NCBI GenBank assembly: GCA_951406725.2
Contig: OX597818.1
Span: forward strand, 7,688,001 to 7,752,000
Reading direction: 5' to 3'
Length of the DNA: 64,000 nucleotides
DNA from: Octopus vulgaris
Lineage: Eukaryota
The notes beneath the pieces are model-generated. The model ran no database searches. It saw only the letters and a program-made list of their open reading frames with translations, and had not been told where the DNA came from. The translations under genes were made by a program, and so were the position numbers. Position 1 is the first letter of the stretch. Every line of letters begins with the position of its first letter. This document shows, piece after piece, positions 1 to 12,022 of this stretch.

Positions 1-58
<58 letters not shown>

Positions 59-78
59 TAATAATGATGATGATGATG

Positions 79-171
<93 letters not shown>

Positions 172-195
172 TTAATGATAATAATAATAATAACG

Positions 196-250
<55 letters not shown>
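1..250. repeat. (AAT)n microsatellite
   Basis: Direct reading; ORF 64..303 is only its poly-Ile translation. Confidence 0.97.
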
Positions 251-252
<2 letters not shown>

Positions 253-806
253 GCCCTGATGCAGTACCAGGCAGTGGCTCTCATGGCTTCTGATCTTAAC
301 TGATTGGAAGTGTTATCATGTACATTGTTTTGTCTTGGTATAAAAGATGGGCTACAGCAAATATTCTGCTCAATACCACAGATTTGCTTGTCAGTTGTTT
401 GACCTTAACCAGTTGAGCATGTCCCTTAGTGGCTGACGATATGTGCATCTCTGATCACGAGCAGAAGTAGTGGGGGAGCATCATAGCCATGTGTTGAGAG
501 GGATTCTTTGGGGTTTGAATAATTCACCTCTGGAAACATGGGTGGTTCTTTCAACATCCTTTAACAACCCTTATTCAGGGACCTTTTGAGCGGTATGAGC
601 TAATCAACCTGAAGAAAATTCTAACAGGGCACCACCTGCAAGGTCATGTGCTGTTTATCTTGACATGAAATCATCATATCGCGCACGTATGGTTGTGATG
701 CATGTGCCCGGTGTACCTTTATCAGACGGGTAGTCATGATGGGTATATTGGGCTTCGTATATTTTACCCCAGTGTCACTTTGATGGCATGCACTGCTCTC
801 TCACTC
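253..806. mobile_element. ~550-bp non-coding interspersed repeat flanked by (AAT)n, copy 1
   Basis: GCCCTGATG..AGTACCAGGCAGTGGCTCTCATGG...CTCTCACTC recurs at 3465-3952, 22663-23198 and 63867-64000. Confidence 0.8.
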
Positions 807-961
807 AATATAATAATAATAACAATAATGAGAAGGAAGAGGAGGAAGACGACGAGGAGGCGGATGGGTATTTCAAATTTTGGCACACGGCCGCTAAGAA
901 TTTTCCCCGACTTGCTAAGATTTCTGGCAGCTTGCCGCCTTAAATAATAGTAACATAAAGA

Positions 962-1380
962 AGGGCGGCGAGCTGACAGAATCGTTAGCACGCCGGGCAA
1001 AATGCTTAGCGATATTTCGTCTGCCGTTACGTTCTGAGTTCAAATTGCGCCGAGGTCAACTTTGCCTTTCATCCTTTCGGGTTCGATTAAATAAGTACCA
1101 CTTACAACTGGGGTCGATATAATCGACTTAATCCGTTTGTCTGTCCTTGTTTGTCCTCTCTGTGTTTAGCCCCTTGTGGGTAGTAAAGAAATGGGTATTT
1201 CGTCTGCCGCTAAGTTCTGAGTTCAAATTCCGCGGAGGTCTAGTTTGCCTTTCATCCTTCAGTGGTCGATAAATAAATACTAATTACGCACTTGGGGCAA
1301 CGTAATCGAATTATTCCCTTTTTCTGTCTTTATCTGTCCCCTCTGTATGTAGCTCCCTTCTGGGCAATAAACAAATAAAT
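962..1380 (+). mobile_element. tRNA-derived SINE family A plus a tandem partial second copy (1195-1380)
   Basis: Head GGCGGCGAGCTG..CAGAA.CGTTAG, B box GAGTTCAAATT, central GCCTTTCATCCTTTCGGG.TCGATTAAATAAGTACC; same as 5585-5814. Confidence 0.85.
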
Positions 1381-1435
1381 AATATAATAAAGAACAAGAA
1401 TAATAATAAGAAGTACAATAATAATACTAATAAGG

Positions 1436-1512
<77 letters not shown>

Positions 1513-1516
1513 GATG

Positions 1517-1596
<80 letters not shown>

Positions 1597-1601
<5 letters not shown>

Positions 1602-3291
1602 GAACTGGATGCGGATATAAATGTTACGGCAAAACGATCATCCACCTTTTATATATGGATGACCTAAAACTATACGCTGGAAACACTACTAAAGACAGTT
1701 CATGGATTTACCAATTAAATAGATATGAAATTTGGATTAGAAAAATGCGTCAAAGTAACCCTGAAAAGAGGAAGACAAGTTAAAAGTAGCAACATCAATG
1801 AACTAGATAAGACAACACACACAAATGAAAGAGAAAATAAAAAAGAACATTATAGACGAGTTAGATCAATACTAAAAGCAGAGTTCAAAGCTAAAAACAA
1901 GATAATAGGTATTAACACTTTAGCCGTCCCAGTTATAAGTTTCAGCTACAATATCCTTAACTGGACACTAACTGAACTGATCAAAACAGATAGGAAAACA
2001 TGAAAAATAATGACAGGATCTAGGATGCATCACCCAAAATCTGACATAGAAAGACTATATATACAACGTATAGAAGGTGGTAGAGGCCTTATACAGCTGG
2101 AAAACTACTATAAAATAACCACCATAGGACTGCAAAATATCTACTTCAGAAGCAAGGAAAACTGATACAAATAGCGGCAAAACACGAGCAAAACAAAAAA
2201 CTGTTCTCAGTATTTAAGGAAGCTGACAAATACAAACAAGAAATCATACCACCTAACAAATATGAAGAAGAAGAAGAAGAAGAAGAAGAAGAAGAAGAAG
2301 AAGAAGAAGAAGAAGAAGAAGAAGAAGAAGAAGAAGAAGAAGAAGAAGAAGAAGAAGAAGAAGAAGAAGAAGAAGAAGAAGAAGAAGAAGAAGAAGAAGA
2401 AGAAGAAGAAGAAGAAGAAGAAGAAGAAGAAGAAACAACTAAAGCTATAAAATGAAATCCAAACTAAAACTAGAACAGCAACGAACCATGATAAAACGAT
2501 GGTAAGAAAAGCCTCTTCATGGCAAATACTGGACTAAATTAAATGCAAAAAAATAGACAAAGAAAAAATCCCAGCAATGGTTGAAAAGCTCAGGACTCAA
2601 AGCAGAGACAGAGGGATTTTTAATTGCAGCACAAGTCCAAAGCCTCCTCACCAGAAATTACCAAAACATGTAATGAAAAGAAATATAACAAGTAACTCCA
2701 GAATATATGGAGATGGACAAGAAACGATAAATCAGTCCTGGCTGAGAATGAATATATTCACAGACACGACAGAGTTGGGTCCTACATACACTGGAAGCTA
2801 TGCCAACATTATGGAATAACAACAGAAAAAAGATGGTATAGGCACACACCAGAAAAGGTCATAGAAAACGAGAAAGCGACCATACAGAGAGAGAAATTAA
2901 GGCCAACAGACCAGATATAGTTGTCAGAGATAAGATGTATCAATACCAGCAGATGACAACATTTCTCTAAAAGAAATGGAGAAACTTTCAAAATACAAAG
3001 ACCTGGAAATAGAGGTAACTAGAATATGGAATCTCAAAACAAACAATTTCTATCATAGTAGGTGCATTAGGCATGATAAAATATATTCAGACAAATACAT
3101 AACAAAAACACCAGGACTTACAAACACATATAAGACACAGACAATTGCACTACTAGGCACTGCACGCATCCTACGCAGAACACTTTCCATACAATAACCA
3201 TCAGAGCATCTCAACAAATCACAGCACATACCCAAGGCACACAGAGCTGCGCTCGGGAGTGAGGTGAAAGCACGCTATAAAAATAAAACTA

Positions 3292-3297
<6 letters not shown>
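1597..3297 (+). mobile_element. 5'-truncated R4/Dong-like non-LTR retrotransposon (RT C-terminus plus RLE endonuclease), pseudogenised
   Basis: HLLYMDDLKLY, KFGLEKC, INTLAVPVI, MHHPKSDIERLY..R.EGGRGL, KANRPDIVVRD, EKLSKYKDLEIE, ALLGTARILRRTL; (AAT)n on both sides; internal (GAA)n 2264-2432. Confidence 0.92.
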
Positions 3298-3335
<38 letters not shown>

Positions 3336-3464
3336 GTAGGAGAAGAAGAAGAAGAAGAAGAAGAAGAAGAAGAAGAAGAAGAAGAAGAAGAAGAAGAAGA
3401 AGAAGAAGAAGAAGAAGAAGAAGAAGAAGAAGAAGAAGAAGGCGAAAAAGGAGAAGAATGTCAT

Positions 3465-3952
3465 CATGTGATAAGGAACAGTGGCTCCCATGGCTTCTGA
3501 TTTTAACTAATTGTAAGTGTTGTCAAGTACATGATTTGTCTTCCTGAAAAGGATGGGCGGCAGCAAATATTCTGCACAATACCCCAGATTTTCTATCTAT
3601 TTGCTTGATCTTAATCAATGGCTGACAAGCAGGATTATAAGGGGAACATTTTAGCAAAGTGTTGAGAAGGATTTTTTGAGGTTTGAATACCTAACCCTTG
3701 GGAATATAGGTGTTCCGTTCAACATCCTTAAACAACTCTTATTCAGGGTCCTTTTGAAGAATATTCTTAGTGTGTACCTCCTGCAAAGCCATGCGCTGGT
3801 TATTTCGATATAAAATCACTATTTAGCGCTTACATGTTCGCGATGCATGTACCTGGTGAACACTTATCAGACGGGTAGTCATCATCAGTATGTTGGGTTT
3901 CGTATATTTCTACCCTAGTGTCACTATAATGGCGTGTGCTGCACGCACATTC
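3465..3952. mobile_element. Degenerate copy of the ~550-bp repeat
   Basis: Co-linear similarity to 253-806 (CAGTGGCTCCCATGGCTTCTGAT...CAGACGGGTAGTCAT). Confidence 0.75.
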
Positions 3953-4106
3953 AATGATGGTGATGATGATGAGATAATGATGATGATAATGATACCAATA
4001 GTAATAAAACATGAAAGTTTGAAGATCATACATTTAAATGGAAACAATCTTTTTAGATATAAACGTATAAATGAACAAACGATAATCGAATCGAATTTAT
4101 ATATAA

Positions 4107-4150
<44 letters not shown>

Positions 4151-5584
4151 GTCTGTATCTACATACATATGCATGAATGAGCGTGTGTATGTTTTCTGTG
4201 TGTTTACAGATAATAAGGGGAGAAATGTATGTATAAATATATCCATATATGTATGTATTCATATATGCACGTAAGTAGAAATAGAGAGAGGAGAGAGAGG
4301 CGGATTGAAAAATAGTAGGAAAGAGGGAATGCAATAGAAATAAATAGCACAGCTGCAATTCTCAAGGATACAGTGATTGATTCTAAATGTGAACTGAATA
4401 TAAATAAAATCTGGCAAACTCACTGCGAATGGTATTTCAGATAATATCATTTGATCGTATTTTTGTCGAAGGTTCCAAAATATATTTTACTTAATCTTAA
4501 TTTGTTATTTTCTTTTACACATTATCTGCTCTTTTTTACTATTCGTTTTCAGCTGACACTCTTGTTTACCTATTTTAGAAGATGTTTTGAAGTAGATTCC
4601 TTTTATTTGTTTTTCTAAAGTACGTTTTTAGTATTATAGTATTTTCTTTACCTATAACTTTTCTCCAGTTTAGTTTAATTTCGTAATTTCCAAACCTTTT
4701 AAGTACGTGCTCATATTAACAACAATGATAACGATGACGACTACTACGACGACGAATATGTTGTTATTGATGCTGTTGAGGATGTTGATGATAACGATGA
4801 TGGTGATGCTGATGATATAATTTCGTTTTAATTCTTTTGCCAATATTCAAGTTCAACTCTTGTTTCCTTAATCAATAATTTTCACACTATCTACCTAGCA
4901 ATAGTTTCATAACTGCATCCTCCCCATTCGTTTTATTCTTTTGTGATAGTTGCCCCAGCACTAAATAATTGTTTCGTGTTTGTGTTGTTTCTTTTTGCTT
5001 GTTGAACCTTATATTTTGGTCAAAGCGTTTAATCTTATCTTGTTGTATGTTTTACCCATTTTCGAATCTTGAGTAATTTCCTGTTCAATCAAAAATGTTA
5101 TAAACATGACAATAAATTAATGTGTATTTATGGGGCTGTACTGTACGATATAGGCGATCTCTAAACCTTCTATATTGATGTACAGTTTGTGGCAAAAAAT
5201 AAATGTGATTTGTTTTGATTTTGATTCTTGAACGAGTTACATCGATTAGGATGTTTTGTTATACATCGTGAAAGTGAAGAATCCAAACCGCAATTTACAT
5301 TATATTTGTCGACAACCTGAGCAGCATATTTCTACAGTGATTCTGAATTATGGAAAACTACAAATACCAAAATACTATCTCGAAGCTAAGATTTGCGATG
5401 AGTTTCGCCTTTAAAACGGTGAGTGTGAAAAATCTCTGATGAGGAGTAATTCTACTATCTCCACAGTAAAAAAAACAAAATAGACCAAATTATTGTTATC
5501 CTTCCCAAATTCTAACTTCGGTTGAACTCTAATAACGAAATATTACCAAAAAATGAAACAGTAGCACTAAATATGGAGCATTAT

Positions 5585-5814
5585 ATATCTCAAGGCGGCG
5601 AGCTGGCAGAAACGTTAGCACGCCGGGCGAAATGCGTAGCCGTATTTCGTCTGCCGTTACGTTCTGAGTTCAAATTCCACCGAGGTCGACTTTGCCTTTC
5701 ATCCTTTCGAGGTCGATTAAATAAGTACCAGTTACGCACTGGGGTCGATATAATCGACTTAATCCCTTTGTTTGTCCTCTCTGTATTTAGCCCCTTGTGG
5801 GTAGTAAAGAAATA
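5585..5814 (+). mobile_element. tRNA-derived SINE family A with 17-bp target-site duplication
   Basis: A/B-box head; TAAATATGGAGCATTAT at 5568-5584 and 5815-5831. Confidence 0.92.
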
Positions 5815-5973
5815 TAAATATGGAGCATTATTGTTATAATCCATATTATTGTGACTTAGCTCTATAGCAAATGAAAAATACAAAGTTTGCTCAAACTTAT
5901 CCAGAAATATAAATTATAATTTGATGGTGAATTCCGATATTTTCTTTCTCTGGAAAGCGAAAATACATACGCC

Positions 5974-6063
5974 AAAGGAAATTTATAATGCAAGTGAAAA
6001 AGCGAAGTAGCGAATATATATATTCGCTACTTCGTTCTTTCACTTGCATTATAAATTTCCTTT
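5974..6063. repeat. 90-bp near-perfect palindrome
   Basis: AAAGGAAATTTATAATGCAAGTGAAA..CGAAGTAGCGAATATA followed directly by its reverse complement, with 2 mismatches. Confidence 0.92.
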
Positions 6064-6733
6064 ATATATATATGTCCTATGAGCAAAACTTCTGAAGGTT
6101 CAAATTATGATATATATTTCTACTTTTCGTCTAAGCAATTTTACTCTCATATTTGTAAAACAACCGCGAGTTTCCACAAAGAATAACATGTGACGTGACG
6201 TTGACTTCTTGCTTCCTCTAGTCAAAGCTCTAGAATTTTTGTTTCGTCTTAATGTAGTAAAACCATTATTCATATCTCATGGGATTAGGAATAAAAACAA
6301 TCACGGACTCGTTCGAAAATGCAGACAGCTACGTTGCAGCAGATTTAGCATGGGCAATATAATAAATAATTTAGTCAAGTGAATCGAGGTCGCTCCCGTA
6401 TATGAAAACACAGCATGTCATTCTTACAATAAAACTCATACCGAGACATAAGCCAAATTATATTATCGACGAATATGAAAATGAACATAACTGATATCGG
6501 ATAATACGGATAAAATTTGTTGATATTTCATAATTCAAAGTCCTTTTTATGAATTTATACTGATATCAGAAAATTTCAAATGAAACGAAAGCTAGAAAAT
6601 GAAAAGTCTTGAACATAATAGTGACTACAAGTGCGTCATGCAATGCAGATAGTATAGGTGTAACACTCTGTTATGTTTAACTTGGAAAATAAACTTTTCT
6701 AGAATAAGATTTAGTCATATACATACATATGCA

Positions 6734-7200
<467 letters not shown>

Positions 7201-9201
7201 GCCCGTCTGTTTCTGTGTTCGCGAGTATGTAGGTATCTGTATGTTTGTGTATACGTACATGTAAACAATTGTCTCTGCAAATCTACGACAATATTACTCC
7301 AGTTTCGAAATGTTGTCAACATATGAAATAGTAAACAGGATAATGTTCTTTTGTGAGCTGTTCCTCAACCAACGTTTGGTGACGACATACGACGACACTG
7401 AATAACTTCTATTCCTAAAACTTTTTAAGACTGAGTCAAAAATATATTGACCTTTGTCTACCTTTATATTCTCCTACCCTCTGCCACTGTTATTGCTTTC
7501 TTCATGATTGAGATTTTCATTGACCATTTATTACCGACTTACATCATTCATCTTCTTTTGACATCAGTATTAAATCAATCCAGCAAATGATAATTCTTTC
7601 GAATACCACATAGGTATACAAGTACAGGATATCGAATGCCTTCCATATGTGTCATTAACTTCTTATAGCATGGCCCATTTTCATTTTTCAATATCCACTG
7701 AAAAATGTTAATCTTTAAAACTCTTGGCTGCTGTTATAATGTTCAGTTCAATCCCTTGTGAAAAAAATATATGGGTGTCTATTTGTGGAAAATGACCTGC
7801 TAGAAATAACTACGGTCATTTCATTACTGCACAAAATATTGTCATTTAAAAGGAAAGCACTCTGGAAAATGTAATTCAGCATAATCAAAAGTATACAATT
7901 GTCATGTCTCGAACACATTTCATCTTGTATCTCAGAGAATAATGCTAAAAGGGTGAGAAACATAAACAATAAAAGCAATAACAAATTGCAATACAATTAT
8001 ACCCACTTCAGGGTAGAGAAATGTCATTGTGTTGCGTATTGCCTCGAAAAGCGTGAGTGAGCCTCCGGCACTTCGTTACACCTTGCTTTCAGAAGCATAT
8101 TAATATGAAAATAGAATATCTGCTACCCAGGTTCAGGTAAAGATCGATAAAAACACATATTTACACGCATGCGTAACTGGGAGATACAAGCATACAGACA
8201 TGAATACTTACACACATACGTGCGCACACATATCTACACAGTTTTGGAAGCATACACACACATACACATTACACATATGTTCCCATCAATGTTCATAAAG
8301 AGAGAACTTACACAAACTAACGGCCGCATAAGTTTGAACTAAATCTTCTTGTTTCTCGTTGCTATGGATTCAAGATTTTGATGATGTAATTGGTGTGGAT
8401 TTATAATCAATATACTATACTTTTGACATATTTCTAGCAAATAGCTTGCGACAAAGATGGATCTGTTTGAGAAAATCGAAATTCACCGCGTCCTTTCAGT
8501 ATAATGAATTGGCATTGAGGGGATATTGAAGTAGGTTATGATACTCATACTGAGGGAATCGTCGAGAAGTAGGGTTTAAGTACTGCATGCATTCAGATGA
8601 AGTAGGAAAAAGAGGTTAAAAAGAAGGGATATAAATTGGGGAAAGTATTGGTGCAATATACAGTGGGTTGGACGAAATAAAAAGAAAATGCAAAGGAAAG
8701 TAATGCAAGGTGAGCATAACAAAAAGAAAGGCAAGGTAATAAAAAGGTATGGTGTGTTTGAGAAGGGAGATATGAATATGGATATGAGCGTATCAGTGTG
8801 TTTATGCCCGTATACACACATACATACACACACATGAAGATGATGACAGGGAAAGAGAACAGAACGCATTACATAGAGGTATGAAGACGTGTGTCCGTGC
8901 GCGTGGGTGTGTGAGAGAGTGTTGAGAAGAGAGGTAGACGAAAAGAAACTAAAAGAAGTGAGTGAAAGAGGTTAAGACAATCAGCAACTTGTTCTTAATC
9001 TTGACGGTTAAGTGATATAGTGAATTTAAGAATGGAATGTGAGGGAAATGGGGGAAATAATCGGATACAATTAATAAAAGACGGGAGGAAAAATGTAGCA
9101 TAATGATATATATATATATAGTTGTGGTCCGTGTGTGTGTGCATATATATTTATATAAATGCATATATCTATATATATGTATATATGTATGTGTATATGT
9201 A

Positions 9202-9243
<42 letters not shown>

Positions 9244-9244
<1 letters not shown>

Positions 9245-9537
9245 TCAACTAATGAGGGTGTGGTGGTAAAGTCTAGCGTGCGGTCGAGTTAATTGCATTC
9301 TGAATGGGTTCGGCCGAGGAGCTACAAATAAAGGTATATTATGTGAGTAAAATTACATAATTTATTAATTTATTAATAGCGAAACAATTGTCCCGAACTA
9401 ATTTGAATTTTTGTTATGTTTATTTGCCCTGTCTGCGCCAGTAGTTGTGCTAATATTCATCGGAAACATTTTTTATATGGCTAAAGCCAGTGGATCTGTT
9501 TTTAGTGCTAGAGCAGACCACATAGTAGTCGCTCTCT
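9244..9537 (+). mobile_element. Non-coding HHR-bearing element between (TA)n tracts (retrozyme or solo pLTR-like)
   Basis: Bounded by (TA)n on both sides; contains the hammerhead at 9308-9398; no ORF. Confidence 0.65.
9308..9398 (+). ncRNA. Type I hammerhead ribozyme, U4C core variant, long loop II
   Basis: GTTCGG-CCGAGGA-GCTA-(52 nt)-TAGC-GAAA-CAATTG-TC^CCGAAC: perfect 6-bp stem I, 4-bp stem II, palindromic stem III, GUC site. Confidence 0.82.
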
Positions 9538-9698
9538 TATATATATATATATATATATATATATAAGAAAATAGTAAAGTGTGAAAAAACGACAGAAGGC
9601 TTAAATGTTAAAAAATATATATATTTGTGTCAAAATGTCTGGAGAATATTTGAAAAATTTTTTTCCTTCCTTAAAATGACATAATTTTAAAATTTTTA

Positions 9699-9738
9699 AA
9701 GAAATTACCGGTTTCGCGTGTAGCTTTTCAAATTTCTT
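9699..9738 (-). ncRNA. Minimal type I hammerhead (mirror copy of 11146-11185)
   Basis: Reverse complement of 11146-11185. Confidence 0.75.
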
Positions 9739-9874
9739 GTGACGTTATGTTTATATTGCATGGAGTTATCGTTGTTTTTATTTCCAGGAGATTTCTAAAT
9801 AAGGGGAGGTAGTGAGTGATTTCTTCCGGTGTAAGGGAGATAATCGCTTAAAATTTTTTTTTCCTTTTTCCTTG

Positions 9875-10255
9875 TTAATTTCTCTGTGTCAGTATGTTCG
9901 GATGGTTGAGTCTGGGTTTGTACTTTTCAATGAAGAATGTTTCCTTGTTCAGTCTCATTTGTGTTGATGATCCGAAAGCACATTGGTAAAATGGGAAGAT
10001 TAAAAATTGTGGCAGTAGTTGCTTTGCGCATTTCTCAATGTGCTCACTAAAAGGTATCATTCTATATTCTGGGAATGCAATCTGTTGTCGATGCAGTGTG
10101 CATCTACGCCTGAGTGATAGTCCCGTGGACCCCACGTAGTCTTGGTGGCAGCCCGAGCATTTAATAACATAAATTATGTTTTCAGAGGCACAAGTAAAGT
10201 TAGATTTGATCTTAAATTTCTGTCCCTCTTTAAAGAAGAATTCTGATCCTTCCAA
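9875..10255 (-). pseudogene. Inverted copy of the GIY-YIG coding segment
   Basis: Same translation as the C-terminal 125 aa of ORF 10267..11010. Confidence 0.9.
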
Positions 10256-10266
10256 TAGGTTAGGAC

Positions 10267-11010
10267 ATGTTGCACAGACATTACCCAGCTCAACTCATAG
10301 AGGATGGGATCAGACGTGCAACAGAAATCAACATAGAAACTTTAAGAAAAGTTCAACACAACAACACACCTTCCCCGAAAATACTACCTTACATATCTAC
10401 ATACAACCCCAGAAACAAAGAAGCCTTCACCATCATCACCCAGAATTTACCAATACTTCATAAAAACCCAAAATTAAAGGAAATTCTAAACATACACCAA
10501 ATCATTAAAAGCTACAAACAGCCTAAATCACTTAAAAAGATTCTCACAAAGGCAAAATTGTCTTCTAAAATTACGGATGCAAAAGTAAAAAAATGTGGTA
10601 GATCGAACTGTGCAACATGTCCTAACCTATTGGAAGGATCAGAATTCTTCTTTAAAGAGGGACAGAAATTTAAGATCAAATCTAACTTTACTTGTGCCTC
10701 TGAAAACATAATTTATGTTATTAAATGCTCGGGCTGCCACCAAGACTACGTGGGGTCCACGGGACTATCACTCAGGCGTAGATGCACACTGCATCGACAA
10801 CAGATTGCATTCCCAGAATATAGAATGATACCTTTTAGTGAGCACATTGAGAAATGCGCAAAGCAACTACTGCCACAATTTTTAATCTTCCCATTTTACC
10901 AATGTGCTTTCGGATCATCAACACAAATGAGACTGAACAAGGAAACATTCTTCATTGAAAAGTACAAACCCAGACTCAACCATCCGAACATACTGACACA
11001 GAGAAATTAA
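10267..11010 (+). CDS. PLE polyprotein C-terminus: RT thumb/linker, Cys-rich linker, GIY-YIG endonuclease (5'-truncated)
   Basis: LPYISTYNP, KCGRSNCATC, NIIYVIKCSGCHQDYVGST...R...H, RLNKETFFIEKYKPRLN. Confidence 0.9.
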   Translation: MLHRHYPAQLIEDGIRRATEINIETLRKVQHNNTPSPKILPYISTYNPRNKEAFTIITQNLPILHKNPKLKEILNIHQIIKSYKQPKSLKKILTKAKLSSKITDAKVKKCGRSNCATCPNLLEGSEFFFKEGQKFKIKSNFTCASENIIYVIKCSGCHQDYVGSTGLSLRRRCTLHRQQIAFPEYRMIPFSEHIEKCAKQLLPQFLIFPFYQCAFGSSTQMRLNKETFFIEKYKPRLNHPNILTQRN

Positions 11011-11145
11011 CAAGGAAAAAGGAAAAAAAAATGTAAGCGATTATCTCCCTTACACCGGAAGAAATCACTCACTACCTCCCCTTATTTAGAAATCTCCTGG
11101 AAATAAAAACAACGATAACTCCATGCAATATAAACATAACGTCAC

Positions 11146-11185
11146 AAGAAATTTGAAAAGCTACACGCGAAACCGGTAATTTCTT
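11146..11185 (+). ncRNA. Minimal type I hammerhead with U3-A8 core in the PLE 3' terminus
   Basis: AAGAAAT-TTGAAAA-GC(TACAC)GC-GAAA-CCGG-TA^ATTTCTT: 7-bp stem I, palindromic ACCGGT stem III, GUA site. Confidence 0.78.
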
Positions 11186-11361
11186 TAAAAATTTTAAAAT
11201 TATGTCATTTTAAGGAAGGAAAAAAAAAATTTCAAATATTCTCCAGACATTTTGACACAAATATATATAGTTTTTAACATTTAAGCCTTCTGTCGTTTTT
11301 TCACACTTTACTATTTTCTTATATATTCACCCACGTGCTTTACCAAACAAACTTTCTTATC

Positions 11362-11392
<31 letters not shown>

Positions 11393-11401
11393 GTGTATAT
11401 T

Positions 11402-11432
<31 letters not shown>

Positions 11433-12022
11433 ATTATATATATGCTTATAATATGTATATGCATAAGGAGAGTGTGGGAACTTAAGAATACGTTGCTTTA
11501 AAGAAGGAAGAGAAAATCGAAAGAAAATGAGGGTAAAGTAAAGAAAGTGAAGCAGGAATAAGTAGAGAGAAGTGAAGAAACGGAGAAAATTTAAACCTGT
11601 TGATATTAATACGCTTTGAAAATGGAGAAGACTATGCCTGTGAAAGGAGGCAATATACATGCATACACACACACACGCACACACACAGGTATATTACATA
11701 TATATATATATTCATATAAATGAAAAATTCATTAAATAAACAACAATAGGTAAAAGACTTACACGTGGGACAGACACAGAAGGACCCTAATTCTTCATCG
11801 GTTATCAAAACAATGATAATACTAAGTCTCATGCTTGTAATGACAATATTGAGAACTTCGCATATCGGCGGGACTCATGCACAATTTTTTTTTCTCTGTC
11901 TATTTATTTCCTCGTATTCCTTTCTGTTGAAGAGCATAGGCTCTTCTTCCTTAATGATGTTTGGTTTGCGAAATTTTGCTTTTTCTAGTACCTGTCTCCC
12001 TTTCCCCCGTAGTTCATCTCCA

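Larger units (their letters stand above)
9561..11324 (+). mobile_element. 5'-truncated Penelope-like element (Neptune-like) with inverted duplication of its 3' ~715 bp
   Basis: 9561-10277 is the reverse complement of 10608-11324; flanked by (TA)n; GIY-YIG ORF; HHR in the 3' UTR. Confidence 0.92.

Noticed and set aside
5430-5475. CTGATGA-GGAG...CTCC hammerhead half
   Set aside because: No GAAA box or cleavage triplet follows; at best a deleted remnant.
11770-11810. Minus-strand CCGATGA-AGAA...TTCT
   Set aside because: No GAAA box or stem I partner.
11918-11945. CTGTTGA-A-GAGC(ATAG)GCTC hammerhead-like half
   Set aside because: Non-canonical core and truncated before GAAA.
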